DNA of 64,000 nt. Origin: Vicugna vicugna. Lineage: Eukaryota. The translations under genes were made by a program, and so were the position numbers. The notes under the pieces were generated by a model. The model saw nothing but the letters and a program-made list of their open reading frames with translations, made no database searches and was not told the origin of the DNA. Positions 63,401 to 64,000 of this stretch are shown one piece after another; the stretch's first letter is position 1; each line of letters opens with the position of its first letter. Location of the stretch: assembly GCA_013265495.1 (NCBI GenBank), contig MU063499.1, forward strand, positions 1,116,001-1,180,000, in the 5' to 3' direction.

Positions 63401-63718
63401 CGCACACGTCCGGCAGTCTGGGTCCCCGACAGGGCCCGTGGCCAGGCTCTCAATTGGTTGGAAGTCAGGCCCAAGCACGTTCAGGCGATTGCGTATGGCC
63501 ACAAACACGGCACTCTCTTCCCCGCCGCCCTCATAGGTCGCCACGGCCTGTACCGGACCGCCGGCGGAGAAACTGGGCACCAAGTACTCCACTTCAAAGT
63601 CGCGGGAAGCAGCGTAGGGGACGCGCGGGCACTGCCAGGACCCAACCATCTCGGGCACCGCCGGCAGCAACAGCAGTAGTAACAGGAAGGGCTGCAAAGG
63701 TGGCGGGTGGAGCTCCAT
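51410..63718 (-). CDS. MST1R: Macrophage-stimulating protein receptor RON (receptor tyrosine kinase), 1400 aa
   Basis: 20 coding exons: 62486-63718, 59442-59630, 59239-59367, 58890-59060, 58416-58576, 57914-58079, 57665-57801, 57073-57234, 56884-56977, 56518-56727, 56270-56416, 56027-56189, 55774-55875, 55492-55698, 55057-55137, 54731-54912, 54528-54637, 54105-54270, 53565-53701, 51410-51665 (4203 nt). Signal peptide [24 protein letters not shown] domain, furin site KRRRR (62789-62803), PSI/IPT domains, TM segment [21 protein letters not shown], kinase motifs [20 protein letters not shown], docking site [11 protein letters not shown]. Confidence 0.98.
52210..52320 (+). mobile_element. MIR SINE
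   Basis: ATCATTCCAACTTTCCAGATGAGAAAAACTGAGGCCCAGAGAG core. Confidence 0.7.
52325..52710 (+). mobile_element. Old ERVL LTR (LTR16-like)
   Basis: 3' end CAATAAACCCTCTGCACGTAAATCTCCATCTCAGAGTCTG is typical of the LTR16 family; boundaries approximate. Confidence 0.55.
52747..52881 (-). mobile_element. tRNA-Ala-derived SINE (camelid Vic-1-like)
   Basis: Reverse strand reads GGGGAGGGTATATCTCAGTGGTAGAG...GGTCCTGGGTTCAATT...AAATAAATAAATAAACCTAATT; 17-bp TSD TAATTTCC(T/C)TTACTTTG at 52730-52746 and 52882-52898. Confidence 0.87.
53357..53370. promoter_or_regulatory. RFX X-box (perfect GTTNCCATGGNAAC) in MST1R intron 19
   Basis: GTTACCATGGCAAC. Confidence 0.65.
53410..53500 (+). mobile_element. MIR SINE fragment
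   Basis: CAGATGAGGAAACTGAGGCCCAGAGAG core. Confidence 0.7.
55320..55410 (+). mobile_element. MIR SINE fragment
   Basis: CAGATGAGCAAATGGAGGCTCAGAGAGGTT...GGTCACACAG core. Confidence 0.65.
59865..60050 (+). mobile_element. MIR SINE
   Basis: CCTCACAGCCTTGCTGTAGAG...CCCCATATTACAGAGAAGGAAACTGGCTCACAGAGGTTT core. Confidence 0.65.
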
Positions 63719-64000
63719 CGAGGCCCAGAAGGAGCCCCGCGAGGTTCCTGCAGGCCCGGGCCCGGCTGGGAGCCGACTAGAATCCTGTGTTGGGACCAGT
63801 GGGGAGTGCCGGTCCTGAGAGCCCTCCGGCAGCTGACCCCGCCAGGGCTTCTGAGATGCCCACCGCTCGCCCCCGCCCTTGGGTCTGAGCACCTGACGCG
63901 GGCAGACACACTCACCGACAGGGAACAGAAAAGCTGCCTCACCTGCTGCTCCAGCTGCCGCTCCCAGCTGGCGCTTGGAGCAAAGTCTGTCGGAGCGCCC
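62650..64000. promoter_or_regulatory. MST1R 5' CpG island (exon 1 / 5' UTR / proximal promoter)
   Basis: High CpG and GC density across MST1R exon 1 and its 5' flank. Confidence 0.65.

Noticed and set aside
62348-63892. 514-aa ORF suggesting an N-terminally extended RON
   Set aside because: It starts at a GTG in the 5' UTR and runs on into intron 1. The signal peptide follows the ATG at 63718 and a consensus donor lies at 62486.

Overview
Mammalian genomic window, syntenic to human 3p21.31. Three young tRNA-Ala-derived SINEs of the Vic-1 type suggest a camelid. Four protein-coding genes lie in tandem on the minus strand, in the same order as in human: TRAIP (coding exons 1-14 plus the start of exon 15, which runs off the left edge), CAMKV (complete, 501 aa pseudokinase), an intact intronless 1250-aa actin-like gene (ACTL11, a pseudogene in human) and MST1R/RON (all 20 coding exons, 1400 aa). 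Exon boundaries were read by hand from splice signals and agree with the human proteins as I recall them; no database search was run. Introns hold old L1/L2/MIR/MaLR repeats, a solo ERV LTR, a decayed SNRPG retrocopy and four N-gaps. The most interesting signals are: (i) ACTL11, a divergent actin fold fused to a 900-aa mostly disordered N-terminus and surrounded by a dense set of near-perfect RFX X-boxes, suggesting a spermiogenesis/cilia regulatory module; and (ii) the absence in RON exon 11 of both Met codons that I recall start short-form RON in human and mouse.
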